Origin: Eutreptiella sp. 'Long Island Sound 2002'
Taxonomy: Eukaryota > Protista > Euglenida
Direction of reading: 5' to 3'
Assembly (NCBI GenBank): GCA_964036045.1
Contig: OZ038379.1
Span: 32,798,001 to 32,862,000 of the forward strand
Length of the DNA: 64,000 bases
This document shows positions 33,361-46,505 of this stretch, in pieces (the stretch's first letter is position 1; every line of letters begins with the position of its first letter). The position numbers and the translations under genes were made by a program. The notes below the pieces were generated by a model. The model was not told the origin of the DNA and made no database searches. It saw only the letters and a program-made list of their open reading frames with translations.

Positions 33361-36300
33361 CTAGGATCCGATCATGCCTAAATTTTGAAGTATGACAATG
33401 TACCCCTCAGCCTCGCTCCCTTTGACTCTCTAGTGCCTCAGTGTCCTCCCGGGCCCCCCACACCGGGGGAAGAACCCTTCACACCCCATCAGGCACTAGT
33501 CCTGCAGACAGTGTCGCTTAACGAAAAGGGAAAAAATGCCATGAGGAAAATAGCAGGTGCTCTTGCACAAAAAAATTTCCGGGCAGAAGAGACGTTGTTG
33601 TAGGCGCCCGTTTCAGTGTTTAAAAGAGGGGAAGAGCCGAGAGCAAGGAGGGGGGGGGGGCTAGACAGTTGACGGTAGATAGACTAGTCCCCCACACTAA
33701 AGGGGGGACCCCACTTAATGATGCACTTGCATGCACAAGGCACACGCCCTCCACCCCCCCCCCCACCACCACCACAACCACAACCACACAGCACACAGCA
33801 CACAGCAAGGGGAAGGAGGAAAAATTATTTTGCAATGTGCTCCTATGGCCTAGGCCCCATGTGCACCATGCTCCTATGGCCGCGGACCCATGAGCAACAC
33901 TGTGTAGTGCATCTTAATACCTATCACATAGTGTCAACCGGCCTTTGCCACCCGTGCACTCTACGTCCTACGATCGGCGGAGCCCCCCTCCCCCCCCTGA
34001 ATAGGTCACCCACACCAAAGGGGGGGAAGCCGTTTGACATGCAAAGCAAACAAAGAACCAACTATCAACTCCAACACAAAACACGGATGTATATCCGGCC
34101 TTAAAAAAAGGTTGTAAAACTTGTGTCTTGAATTTTGGGCAAGAATTTTTCAAACATAACTTTACACACCTTTTCACCTTCTTTCAACCAAGACACTTGT
34201 CCCCCAGTTGCCTTTCTTTTTTTCTCGACTTTTCCCATGATTTTCTTCAACCACAACACTTGTCCCCCCCCCACCACCACCTACGGGGTGAAATTTCACG
34301 TGCCGTGAGAAATGTAAACCCCCCTCCCCTGCATGCAGGCGCTTTCCACACCCACAGGGCGCCCGGAGGGCGAAAGGGGGTTCGGACTACCCCTGCACCA
34401 CCCATAGGGGGTCCGCTGTCCGCTGCCGCTGCGGACCCTCCGGTGCATGTGCCCAATCTTACCCTAGATAGTGTGCGCCAATGCAGTAGCATGCTCTCCC
34501 ATCCCCTTTGGGATGCACCGCGCTGCCCGAAACCCGAGGGTGGTTGCGCGGTTAACAGTGAGGGCGGGGGCTAGGCTTGCCTAGCGTGGGAGTTGTGGTA
34601 TGGCATGCCCCAGCCTACCACGATGCCCCAGTGCTTGATGTGTGGCAGCACCGATGCGCTACTGCTGCCAAGGTAGACTGAGGTGTGGCAGGAGTGGCAC
34701 GCGGCCTATGAGAGCCTGGTGCGGACCAATGGGTGGCAATAGGCCGACCTATTCCCACCCGCGCAAGTGTAGGACAGCTTGTTGCGGGCTACGTGCCACT
34801 GGTTGCAAGTTCTTCATTGTGTGTCCTGCCTCCTCCGGTCAAGAGTGCCCTCCCTGCTCTTGCTCGCGGAGGAGGTCATCCTCTATGCATGGCGCAACCC
34901 AAACTCCGGCCCTCGGCTTGTCGCTGAGGCTGGGTGGGCCTATGACCATGGCGACTAAGGTCCTCGCAACCCTCGTTGGCATGTGACCCCTAAAGACCTC
35001 CTATGGGGTATACCGGGTGCGCGCCAAGTCATACACTCCCTTTGAGGCATGTATAGTTTGGCGCATGACCGCGAGAAACCTCTGATGGGGTGCAGGGGGG
35101 GAGTGTCAAACAACCCCCCCCCCCTCCCATTGCTAAAGAATTTAGCACGTGACCCCTAGGTGAAGGGGAGGCATGCCAAATCCCACACCCCTTCCGTCCA
35201 TTGTATCATTTGGCACGTGAACCCAAGAGACCTCCTATGGGGTGTACGGGTGCGTGCGACAAATCCTACACACCCTCTAAGGCATGTAGAACTTGGCGTG
35301 CACGACAAATCCTACACCCCCTCTCATGGGGGGTGCCCGGGTGCAGTCCTTGACCTGACACCCCGTATTATTTTGGCCCCTTGAAAGGGAGGGGGGGGCA
35401 TATTACCAAAAACCACCCCTTTCTCTAAACCAACGTGGTATCAAAGCAAAATTGACACCCACACACCCCGTGCAGCCACCTCCCGGTATATTCACAACCA
35501 AGGCAACGTTGCTGATCGTCTCATAATGATCCACGATGATGTCGTTTCTCATAAACCGCTATAAATAAAGTGGTAGGGACGCGGTGGCCTAAGGGGTCAC
35601 CATAAAACAACGGAGGTCTCCACTCGACCTCCTCACCAATGTCACACTGGTTGTAGCCGCCCACACCCCTTCGGGAGGGGGGGGGCGGGCGGGGGTTGAC
35701 AGTCAAGAGACCTTTTTGGCACGGCCTGCACCAAAGAGGGTGCCCCATGGGGTGCCCAAGCCTGTGAGGCCCTTTCGACCACGGGGGGCGATAACTACTG
35801 GTCCTGATGCGACCCACCCCCAAGCTATCTGTCAAAACTAGGGGGGGGCGGTGAGCATTGGCGGGAGGGTGGGTGGGAGTGTAATTGGCAATACGGCCGG
35901 GGGGGGGGCTTCCCGGGGGGGGGGGGGGGTTCGCATGACCCACACCTACCACATGTATACCTCGAGGGGGGATGTGTGTCTAGGGGTATGGGGATTTTGG
36001 AGGTGTATGAGGTATGAGAGGTATGTATGCGATAATAGCGCTTTCTTGTCTTTGCCGGGAAGAAAGTCTTAAGGGTCATCGTGTCGCCCCGGTCCCCCCT
36101 ACCCCCTCCCATCCATGTATGATTTTGCGCGTGAACCCCCTCTCGCCCCTCCAACTCTTCGGTTGGGCTTAACCCACGTATAAAAGACCGGATTGCCTTG
36201 GGGGGGGGATTAAAACCAAATCACAAAGTCACCAAAAGCACACCAATTTACATTGCAAGTTTCCGCTTCAAATCACAATTCAACTCACATTTGAAAATTT

Positions 36301-39169
36301 TACTTGCTAATAGACCGGGGGCCCTTGGTTGGGGATTGAAACGTCTCACAAAGCGGACTGAAGGCATGGTGGGCTAGCTATTTAGGGCTTGGCATGCGAC
36401 CATGGTGGTTGTCACCTTGAGGCACCTAGGCGGTGAAGGTTTCCGGGGATGAGGGGTGAGTCTTCCCATTGTATTGCCCACCAAATATGCAGTTTGTCCT
36501 AATGAGCAGGCATGGTTGTTGGTTACGGAAGATTGCTCCACTCCAATCCTCAGTTAGTTATCCTAGCAGCAGGCTGCAAAGACTGCCTGTGTAAGCTACC
36601 TGAAAGAAAAATGCTTGCCCATTTGCAAAGTGAGGATCATATGAGGATTGACAGCCCATACAATGCCTCTCATGGATTGCTTCACTAGATAAAAGGAGGC
36701 TTTGGGGGGCATTGTGTTGCAGTCTGCTAACGCCATGGCCTTGACCGGGACTGAGTGCTGCTGCTCAGTGGCTCAGTGGCACGCAGTGGCTGAGACGAAG
36801 TTCAGCCGACGGGCGCGAGGCCCGGGACCGGAGCCGAGTGCTGCGGCTCAAGGGCGTGCAGTGGAGGTTTGGCCCGCGGGCGCATCATGGTCACACGAAT
36901 TCGGACACCCTCTATTCCATTCCCACGAGGGGGACCCCCAAGAAAGCGGGGGTGATGTGGCCATACTCATCAATCCCCACCATGGGGACCCTAGGAAGGC
37001 AGGGGTGAAGCCACTCCTCGTTTTGTCCCCCTTGTTGGGGGACCCATGAGAAGGGGCTATACAAATGTCGTTTGTGCCGCACCTCTGCGGCCACGAGTGT
37101 CCGCGCTCGTCGCGACGGCCATCCCACCCCCCGACCAGCGCCGCACGCGGACACTGCCTCTGACCCCCAGGACGGTGCCGGCCCTATTCCGCGCAGCCAC
37201 CCGGGCCGTGTCCGTAGACACGGGGGAGAGCCATGTGACCCAATGGCGGACGCGCCTTGTACGCCTCCGCCAACACAGTCCTCATTATGTGGCTGCGCAC
37301 AATGGTGCGGGGAGGAAGTCTCGGCCTGCCATAGCCAAAAGGGACTCCCGAGTTGCGTCGGCCGCTTAGTAGAGGCTCGAAAGGCCCCCACACATAGGAG
37401 TAGATCCAAAACGCGAAACAACCGCCTCACGGGACTGGGCACCACCCCATGAGATGGCGATACGAAACATGAAATGGTCGAAACCCCCGGGGGGCGGTTG
37501 GGCCTTGTCCTTGTATGCGCCCCCCTCCCCGTTTGAGAGATAGTGGGGGGACATGGCGACAACAAGGTGTTTTTTTTGCATGCTTAGTTGAAGGGGGGTA
37601 CTAAGTGTTTGGTGCTTGTTCTGCTCCCTTTGTACAACCCAGTGATACACCCTAGCAACTAAATCCAAGTTTCAAATGTGGTGATGCACAAGATGGCGAG
37701 GATCTTCATGTGCTCTGCCCTAAGTTGCCATCACCGGCACGCTTGGCATGCTTTTATCCTAAAAAATATCCACGGTGTCACAAACCGCTCTCCGATGGAC
37801 CCATCTCGTACCTCCAACACTTGACCTTGACCTTAATCAGGGGGTGTATGTTTTTCCGCGCACCCTCTACACCACATAGGAGGTCTCCAGCGGTCATGCA
37901 TAAAATCATATGTGGATGCGAGGGGGTATATGATGTCACGTGCACCCCCCTACACCCCATGGGTGGCAAGGGGAACACATCAAATCCTAAATGCTTGGGA
38001 GTGGGAGTACGATTTGGCGTGCGGCCCCTACACCCCTACACTATAGAAGGTCTCTAGGGGTCACTTGCCAAATCACACAAGAGTGGGAGGGGGAGGGGGA
38101 TGGTCAGGTGCCAAATTATGCAAGGGTGGGAGGGGGCACGGGGGGCGCTCAAGCGCGGCCCCTAACGCCCACACCACCCATCCCCACCTACCGTCTAGGG
38201 GGCCAAAATGTTGAAAAGGTCCCGGCCATAATAGAGCCAATATGGAGAAATTGGCCGGCGCCACAGGTGCTAGAAAACTTTGGTGCCCCATCTGAAGGGG
38301 CTGGTGAAACACGTCACCCCATATTTTTATGCTCAAAATGCTCAGTTTTTTTGACATTTTCCCTAGCCCCCAAGAAGGCAAGATTTAGGTAGCCACTTCT
38401 CATTTTGTCTCCCTGTTGGGGATCCCTAGGGTTATGTAGCCACTTTGATCCAAGAGGAGAAAGAATAACACACTCATAACTAATATACACACTGTTGCAA
38501 CCAACATCTACTTCTACCCTCCCTAGCCTTACTTGTCTAACCAAGCAGACTCACCACCATACCCCCCACCTCTTGAGGCAAGAGCCGTGTTATGGCAATG
38601 TAATGGCACACACTAGCATCACATAAGACAACAAACCTGAAAACAAAAGGAGCATTTTGGAAGGGGAGGGTTTTGTACCGGTTGTGTTCACTTTCCAAGG
38701 GGGGCTTGGCCACTATACACAGTACACCCCACCATGGGATACAAATGCGCCCCCCCCCCCTTGAGGTTGCTTGGATGCTAATTCTTGGATGCTTGTTGTT
38801 TGCTCTTTGGATGGTTCCCAATTAGTATGGATGCTTGCAGTTAAATCCTGGATGAAAACAACACAGCACAAGGCATGATACATGGTGTCATGGGCAGCAA
38901 AAGCTAAGGGCACACAGAGGGCACAAGAAAAGCTCCTCAGAAATGCATTTGAGACTGAGTGCAACCAAAGTTCTTTTTGAGAGTAGTTGCCAGAGGACTT
39001 TGACGATGAAGTGTTGCAGCTCCCAACGGGATAAGTCTCGTCCATGAAATTGCGGGAAATTGCCAAAAAATGCGATAAATTCTGGAAAATTGCAAGAAGT
39101 TTCAGACCTCAATCCACCCACCCTTGGTGTCTGTGGCCGCTAGCAACAAATTTTCTGGCTTGGATGAAG

Positions 39170-39242
39170 ATTCAGAAGGTGGGGGAGGGGAGTGGGTCAG
39201 GGGGAGGGGGGCCTCCCTCCTCCTACGGTCAGCCGTTCTAAT
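39170..39242 (+). mobile_element. Short G-rich MITE-like repeat (degenerate copy)
   Basis: Same layout as 43614-43718: (a)ttcagaagg, G-tracts, cctcctcctacgg, ccgttctaat. Confidence 0.55.
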
Positions 39243-41707
39243 ATCATGGTATAAACCTTGTGTATGGTGAGATGAGGAAGATAGGAAGGGAGGAGGGAGT
39301 CAAGGGGGTGAGAAAGGGTGTGCGATGGAAGGAGAAGGCAACAATACAGGGGCCGGAATGGCATACAATCATAGCACACATGTCACGCATGTGTGCTCTT
39401 GAATGTTCCATGCTTGTTCCTATCATAAATAGTTTAACATGGGACGTGTGGGAGGGGGTTTCAACATGGGGTTTGCAACTCATTTTCCTAGGGGGCCGAT
39501 GTTGAGAGAATGTGAAAAGGCAAACAAACAGGGTTGCTTGCAACGGTGTAGGGCTATCTTTCCACTGTTCCATCCTGCAGCAAGGGATGATTTAGGGTGT
39601 GTGGATACCTGACATGGTAGGGAGGGGGGGGCAAGATGCACCAACTCGGGGGCATAACAGCTTTGGGGAGTGTTGAGGGGGTTCATGTGCTGAGAGAGCG
39701 TGAGAATGTCTGATACCCAAGGGTAGGATTCCATTCCAGCTTTTTTTGGGGGAGATGGTGTTCATGCGCTATTACCATTTCTTCAAGAGATGCTGCCTTG
39801 CAGTCGGGGTGCAAGGACCAAGACCACAAGTGGGCTACTGCAGCACACCGGGGGCAATGGCTTGCGGTCAGGGTGCACAGGCCAAGATCACAAACAAACT
39901 ACTCCAGCTCAAATTTGCATTAGGGTTTTTTGACTCATTTTCTCGAGGGGAAGGTGTCAATAGTTCAAAGTTCATTTTTGTAAGGGGGGGGGGGTAAGTT
40001 TTGACTTGGGGATAAATGAACACAGAGGGTGCCTCAGCGCACTACGTGCCCGCACCGGGCGCACCGGGCACTGAGGCAGAAGTGCCAAGTACCAGTTTAC
40101 TGCACCACTTTTTCAGGCAAAGACGTGGTGGCAAGGAAACCGGAGCTGCTCACAATAAAACATGGTAATGGTAGAATGGGGGCTTTGATGGAAATGTACT
40201 TCCCGATGTGTAGATGTTGAGGGTCTGAGCACACTCCTGAACGTCGGCTGCAAGAGCTGCAGACCCGTCGCAGACTCTAATTAAACACTATCCAACGGCC
40301 ATTTGACTAGTGACTAGCAACTTGTCTATTTTGGTGAATTTTTTTTGTTTTTTTAACCTTTTTTTTAATAAATTGTTTACCAAAATGGCCATTCTGCTGA
40401 TGCTTGCCTCCTTTTACCTAATCCTTCCATTGCAGGTTCATAGGACACAACTTTGTTCCATGTGGCTGGGACCATTGAGCCCTGTATAATTCTCTAGTAC
40501 ATGTTCAGGTATGTTTGTATGTTTATTAAACATGTTTTCCTGGGTGTGGTTTATTCATGGTTCCTTACAGGATGGTATTCTTCAATTTTGGTACAAATCA
40601 AATCCCATGCTGTTTATTCTTGGATGTTGCCAATCACTGTATATTTTTGGGACCTTCATTCAACAACAGATAAACATCAATAAACATCAATAAACAGCGA
40701 TTCTCTCCCAAAAACGGGCATTTTTTTTTAGAAAATAAACGTATAAACGTGTTTATTTTCCATTTGACTAGCGACTAGAATAGAGTCAATTAAAGCCTGA
40801 CCCGTCGTTGGTGGCGGCGGCGCCAGGCGGTTGAGACGGACCACGGTCGGAAGCAGGAGAGTCCGCGCAGACAATGGGGAAGATGTGCTGCTCCACAGGG
40901 CAATCAGGGCTGCACATGGCCTGAGTGCTCATGGCTGATGGCAACACACTCCGGGAAGGACGAGGCCCACAATAGCGGAAGGTACACGTTCCCCTGAGGT
41001 GCCTCTCAGGTAAAAGACATTAATGCTGGGCACCAAAAGGTCAGCATTCACTAGCATTCACTGCCATGTGTGCTGTGGAAAGCAAAGGAGGCAAACCTGA
41101 CATTTTCCACAAGGCGCCCTGCTGCCAAATCTTACACCCTAACATTGTTGATTCCACCCAAACACAACAATTGGCCACCCATTTGTGATGCTAGGCCCCT
41201 ATGACTGCTTTTGGGCAACATTCCATGGCACCACTGTTCTACGCCAACCAGGCCTCAGTCCCACCGCGCGCCCACACTGCGTGCGAGGCACCCTCACAAG
41301 CTGGGGGTTGGGTGGGTGCGGGTGGGGGTTCTGCACATGTCTGATCCCCAATGGGGGCGACCCGGTTTGGGGGGGGGGGGTGAACCAACAAAAGTCTGAT
41401 ACATAGATGGGGGTGGATTATGATGCCCTGCGAGGTCCATAAATATTTGATGTCTGAAATCGGATACCCAGTCTGGTTGCTGTACAAATATCTGGTGGGC
41501 AGAGGTGGGGCTGAGTATGGGGGCTGATTTTGGCAGAGGCTTTTGGTGGCAGGTGGACTGAATGCGGTATTGGGGCATCAGCAGTGGCACGGCACTGAGA
41601 TGTAATGGCTCACAAATATGCAAATTCCCTGACCATTTGGCACAATGCAGCATTCTGCACCCAGGCTCGTCCCATACTCAAGCCCATCCCAGGACACAGG
41701 CATCCAC

Positions 41708-42019
41708 CTTCAGGAGGCCTGAGTGGCTGTAGTTGCGGTGAAAGATCTCCAGCTTTGAATCAAACACAAACAGAAAGGGATATTGCTCTGGCTTGATGTC
41801 GAAGCCTTCCACCCACGGAGACCATTTAGTGCCGTCCAGTCGCCCAAAGACGAAGGATTTTCGAAGCGGTGATTTTGCGGCTTGCTGCATTTCGGACAAG
41901 CCCAAAGTGGAGGTGGTTGCAAAGCCCTCCCCGTCCAACACCTTCTCATACACGAGGATGGCCATTCTCTTCCCAAGGCTTCCCAAAGCAAAGAATTTGG
42001 TGTTATCTAATTCTTCGAC
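41708..42019 (-). CDS. TMX3/PDI-like protein, internal exon (thioredoxin-like b'-type domain)
   Basis: Acceptor acttcag|GTCGAA, donor CTGAAG|gtggat; 312 nt, phase 0 at both ends; VEELDNTKFFALG...FVFGRLDGTKWSPWVEGFDIKPEQYPFLFVFD. Confidence 0.85.
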
Positions 42020-42398
42020 CTGAAGTAAATTCAACGAAACTTGTGAGGGAATCAATGACTGACTGTGAGTGGGTATGGGAACGGGAGTGAAGCTGTGGGA
42101 AAAAATTTACCAGTACGAGGGAGTGAATGTTGAAGGAGGTATGGGTGCGAGTGTGGGCGTGGGCGTAGGCGTGGCAATGTTGTGTAAAGTTGTGAGGTTT
42201 GAGCGTGCTCTTGGGTGTGGGTGCACATGAGAGTAGGTTGTGGAGCGAGATGATAGCGCAGGAGAGAGAGTGGAATGTGAGTGTTCCAGTGGCTGTGGGT
42301 GTGGGAGTTGCTGCAGGATAGTGTAGTGAATGCGAAAAGGGTTGTGGAAGTGGGTGTGGAATTTGGTGGACAATTGAGTGGAGCATCGAACAGGCAAC

Positions 42399-42497
42399 CA
42401 TGTATTAGAAGGGGGGGAGGGGGGGGTGGGGGGGGTCTGGAGGGGGGGGGGGGAGGGGGGTCTGGCTGGGACACCCCTCCTCCTAGGGTGTCCGGCA
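42399..42497 (+). mobile_element. Short G-rich MITE-like repeat (3'-truncated copy)
   Basis: catgtattagaa, G-tracts, cctcctcctagggtgt. Confidence 0.55.
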
Positions 42498-42590
42498 AAA
42501 AATTGGGAAAAATCTTTTTTTTTCTGCCGAAGATGGCAACGGCACCCAAAAAAACGAAAATCTGTGGGACATCATCACCAGCAAAAGAAT

Positions 42591-42661
42591 GCCTCCGGTG
42601 GGGTTTGAACCAGCTACCTGTAAACCTGCAGCGCACTGTTCTACCACTCACCTATCACACA
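42591..42661 (-). pseudogene. tRNA-derived fragment (tRNA-Cys(GCA)-like), possibly a SINE head
   Basis: A-box-like TAGGTGAGTGG, CTGCAG at the anticodon position, B box GGTTCAAACCC; stems do not pair. Confidence 0.55.
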
Positions 42662-42830
42662 GAACTGCTTACCTCATGCATCCCAAGGTTCATAGCATGA
42701 CATGTTATCCAAAAAAAAATTCCCAGAAGTTCTCTATAGGTTGTTGACCACAGTCTTCACAAACATCTGCCAGTGTGAGGAGGGCCTGTGACCCTGCCCA
42801 ATTTCAGAGGTTAAGACAAGTCAAGCCCGC

Positions 42831-42979
42831 TTAGTACTGGGGTGGGAGACCACCAGGACCAATTTTTGAAAATGGGTCCTGGTGGTTCGGCTGTCCATTT
42901 CTGCTCACCCTTTTCTTTGCAAACTTTGTCAGTCGTTCGAACTCCACAGGACGTTCGTTAGTGCCGTCCTTTGTGTGGG

Positions 42980-43031
<52 letters not shown>

Positions 43032-43499
43032 GCTGGCCTGAGAGAGCGCATTTGCCTGCTCTACGGGACGCACAGCTTTCTCTGGCAGTAAATTGCGCTT
43101 CCAGGCTTGCAAGTATGCATGCTGCAACAAATTAGTGTTGCGTGGCATCACAGCATACAGGTTGGGCTGCACAATATGTCGTATAGCATGCAGTTCGTAA
43201 GGCAAAATGCGGCAATGGTCCGCTGACCCACGTTTTGCCGCTCTACACAATAACCTCTGCTGCGATGCCAAGACCCGCTTCTGTAAAAAGGCAGCACTCT
43301 TTTGCGCCAAATTGTAGGCCGTCTCGCGCCGCTTCCCACTGAAAATGTCAGCACACCGAAAAAACAAGATGGCTGCCACCAGATCGGGAGCTGTGACAGT
43401 TTCCACTGCCTTCTTCACAGGAAAGAAACGGTCCATGGTGTGTCCTACAATGCAGTGGGACACAGCAGACGGCCGGAAACCAAGAGCACGATAGACCAT
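42831..43499 (-). CDS. Hypothetical 222-aa ORF inside the PDI-like gene intron
   Basis: Open frame with non-repetitive protein-like composition plus a poly-Ser tract; no family recognised. Confidence 0.3.
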
Positions 43500-43613
43500 C
43501 CACGCAGACTTGAATCAAGTAGTCTTGAGGACCTACAGAGAGCACAGTGTCAGTTGACACCGCGTCTCATCTTTACAGTGACAGCAACAGGCCGATCAGG
43601 TGTTCAATCACAC

Positions 43614-43718
43614 ATTAGAAGGGGGGGAGGGGGGGGGGAGGGGGGTCTAGGGGGGGGGGGGGAGGGGGGTCCAGGGGGGGGTACCCCCCCTCCTCCTACG
43701 GTGTACTGCCGTTCTAAT
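43614..43718 (+). mobile_element. Short G-rich MITE-like repeat (most complete copy)
   Basis: Inverted ends ATTAGAAGGG / CCGTTCTAAT enclose four or more long G-tracts. Confidence 0.6.
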
Positions 43719-44529
43719 ACATGTCTGCGAACAGGGTATTGTGGAGTGGGAGTGGGTGCGGTGACTCACCATGATCAGTGGGTGTGGGGTGGGGTCTTGG
43801 AGTTGGTGCAGAAGTTGGCATCATAGAATCCCAATCATTGGTGTGGAAATGGGTGAGTGTGGGTGCGAGTGTGGGTGTGAGTGTGGGTGTTGGCTGTGGG
43901 TTTGGGTGTGGGTGTGGGTGTGGTTGTGGGTGTGGGTGTCGTAAATGGTGTGTGGTGTAGCGTGATCCACTACTCTATGCAGTGTGAAGTTGTGTGCTCA
44001 CTCTTCTCCCCACCAAGGTTGCGAGATTCTGGCACTGAAGTGATCCACAACCGATAGCCCCGGCGGGTCATAACTCTTCAGGGTGTGAAGTGAAAGGGGT
44101 AGTATGCCCGCAAACGACAATAATAGTGGAACAGTGCGATGCAGAAATACATTATGGGGCAACAATACCCAACAACAATGACAGCAAAAGCATACAGGAG
44201 GGCTAAGAACAACAAAATAGAAATCGGGATGAGCTGCGGGCACAACTGCGATGCGAAGGGGTAGAGATATGATCCAAAGCAGCAGAGAGTACCATGGAGA
44301 CTGTTGCCTGAGGCCATCCGCATCCGCATCAGGCATGGAAAAAAAATTCTATGGCCTTCGGCAGTGCACCTCGAAGAGAGGCTGACAGTCAGTTAGCCAG
44401 GCAATCAGTTAGTTAGCCAGGCAAGTAGGCAGGTAAGCAAGGTAGGCAGGCAGACAGAAACACACAGTTTGGGTGTTTTCAGTGGCGGACTCGGCTACAA
44501 GCATTGGGGAGCTGGAGCATAGCAGAACA

Positions 44530-44600
44530 GACAGCGGTCGAGTGGTAATGCAATCGACCGCCAAGAGCCGTGTCGGCGGTTCGATTCCCGGCCCACAGAT
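44530..44600 (+). pseudogene. tRNA-derived fragment
   Basis: A-box-like CGGTCGAGTGGTA and perfect B box GGTTCGATTCC; no intact cloverleaf. Confidence 0.45.
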
Positions 44601-46248
44601 CGCCGTCAGCCGGCGGTCTTTGGCCTTGGGCTTTGTTGTGCCCCACCCTCGTTCAAACCCTTCTAAGCACAAAACTGTGACCCCACCCCACCCCAAAATG
44701 TGCTATCCAGTTTCAGGGGATAGAGGCCTCAGAATCAAAAAATCCATTGGGAGATTGTTTTATTGGGCAAAATAATCATTTTACAAGGGGTTGGACATCC
44801 AATATCATGCCTTGGGGTATGCTACGCAAACAGGCCCCCCAAAAGGGGGGGGGGGGGGTATACGACACGTGCGCCTGTGCTTGATCTAACAACCTCTCTC
44901 CGAGGTGATTTCGTTCCTCAGTACAAAACTGAGTGAAACAACTTTATTCTTTCAATCTTTTCTTTATTCTGAAACTGCGAAATTTTTTTTTGTTTTCACT
45001 CAGTTTTGAAACTACATACTGGATAAGTATATGCATAAATAACAATTTAGCGCAGCGGTATATCTCTCTGGGACATTCATTTTATGCCAACATGGAGCAA
45101 ATTCACATTCTTCCCGGTTTTTCTCAACTTTTAGTCCAATACACCAAAATGTCGTTACCTTGGGGGGGGGTATGTGTATGCTTTTCGAAATCTATGAGAA
45201 AAGGCCATTTCAGAAATGTATGGGTTGGGGGGGGGGGTAGGTGGTCACAGTGTTGCGCACAGAGCTGTACAAGGGAGGACACACAAGGCACAGGCAATGG
45301 TCCAGGGATCACTCATTATTCCGAATCCGATTTGTTGTCATCGTTGCCCCTTTCTGCAAGGGCCGGGACACCATTGGGGCTCCAAATCAACGTTGATGCA
45401 GGTTGCCAGAAATTCATGCTGAGAAGCCTTGCTGGGGTGCTCTTTACAATCCCAAAACTGGGATGCAAAGGCAGTGGCCTCTGCAGTGGACAGAATCTGG
45501 TGTTCCTTGTGGGAGCAGGCAGGTTGCTGCGAACCACCTGTACGAGGCTTTTTGGCCTGCCGGGCAGGCTCCCGGGTCACCTTTACCCAATTTGCACCCC
45601 CAGAGCGTGCCCTTTTTCGCACCAAAGGTTTCTGTGGTGCATCGGGGGAAGCAACAGCCTTGGCAGGAGTTGGCCTAGCCATAGCCATATGGGGCAAGAG
45701 AGTGCCATGGTGTGAGATGAGGATCTGGACAGGGGGGGCAGGGGGGGGCTTGGGCAAGGTGGTCTTTTGATCGTAACGTTTGCTTGTAACGGAGGGGGCA
45801 CACCAACCTCAAAAAGAGCAGTGCAGGAGCGCTAAGTATTTCCAAAAAATAGGTGCGAATGCAATGAAAATGGTTGCATCTGTTTTTTCCTGCGACCTCT
45901 CCGGCGAATGCTTGCAGGGGCCTCACAGCCCAAAAATTGTTGCCGTCGCCAATCCTCGTTCCCGAGTGGCACACATTTAGTCCACAGGTCTCTTGGGTAC
46001 ATTCCGGCGATTCATTCAGCCTCTCGTTTATTTGCTGCAATGAGTCTCCACCTGCTGCCCATCAGTGGCGTCGAAGCACAGCCCTGTCTCAACACGGTCT
46101 GACCGTCGTTTTCCCTGGCTTTGCCTGTGCTTGCGACAGGGGGTCTTTAATCGTCGAAGTATAACACGTACCCACAGTTCTATTCTACGGCCAGGTCCGA
46201 AGCAGGATGGCAAGGGCCAGTCCGACGGGAGGGAACCCGCCCCGTCAC

Positions 46249-46505
46249 CTGCAAAAACCGGTTGGTCTCCACCCACTCAGTCATGTCCTTTGCATCGGAA
46301 GCCCCAGTGTAGACATTGTGCAGCAGTTCATTGTAGGCGACAAGGGCCTCGGTACCTACGACGCAGTGCCCAGCCTCGGCGGCTGCGCCCCCGCAGTCGG
46401 CAGTGACTGCAACCTCCTCGAAGGCCTCGGTGTTTTCATAGATTGCGAAGCCGATGTTGTTGAAGCCTGCAGTCTTGAAGTGCAGGTCCAGCTGCAGGGC
46501 CTGAT
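46249..46505 (-). CDS. TMX3/PDI-like protein, internal exon (thioredoxin-like b-type domain)
   Basis: Acceptor tccgcag|ATCAGG, donor TTGCAG|gtgacg; 257 nt ending in phase 0; joins the next exon as ...WVETNRFLQ|VEELD.... Confidence 0.8.

Noticed and set aside
36400-37700. Possible reverse transcriptase remnant
   Set aside because: Only vague fragments; no alignable RT motif set.
44933-45715. 260-aa plus-strand ORF
   Set aside because: Composite of AT-rich repeat and antisense-like sequence with a non-ATG start; no motif.
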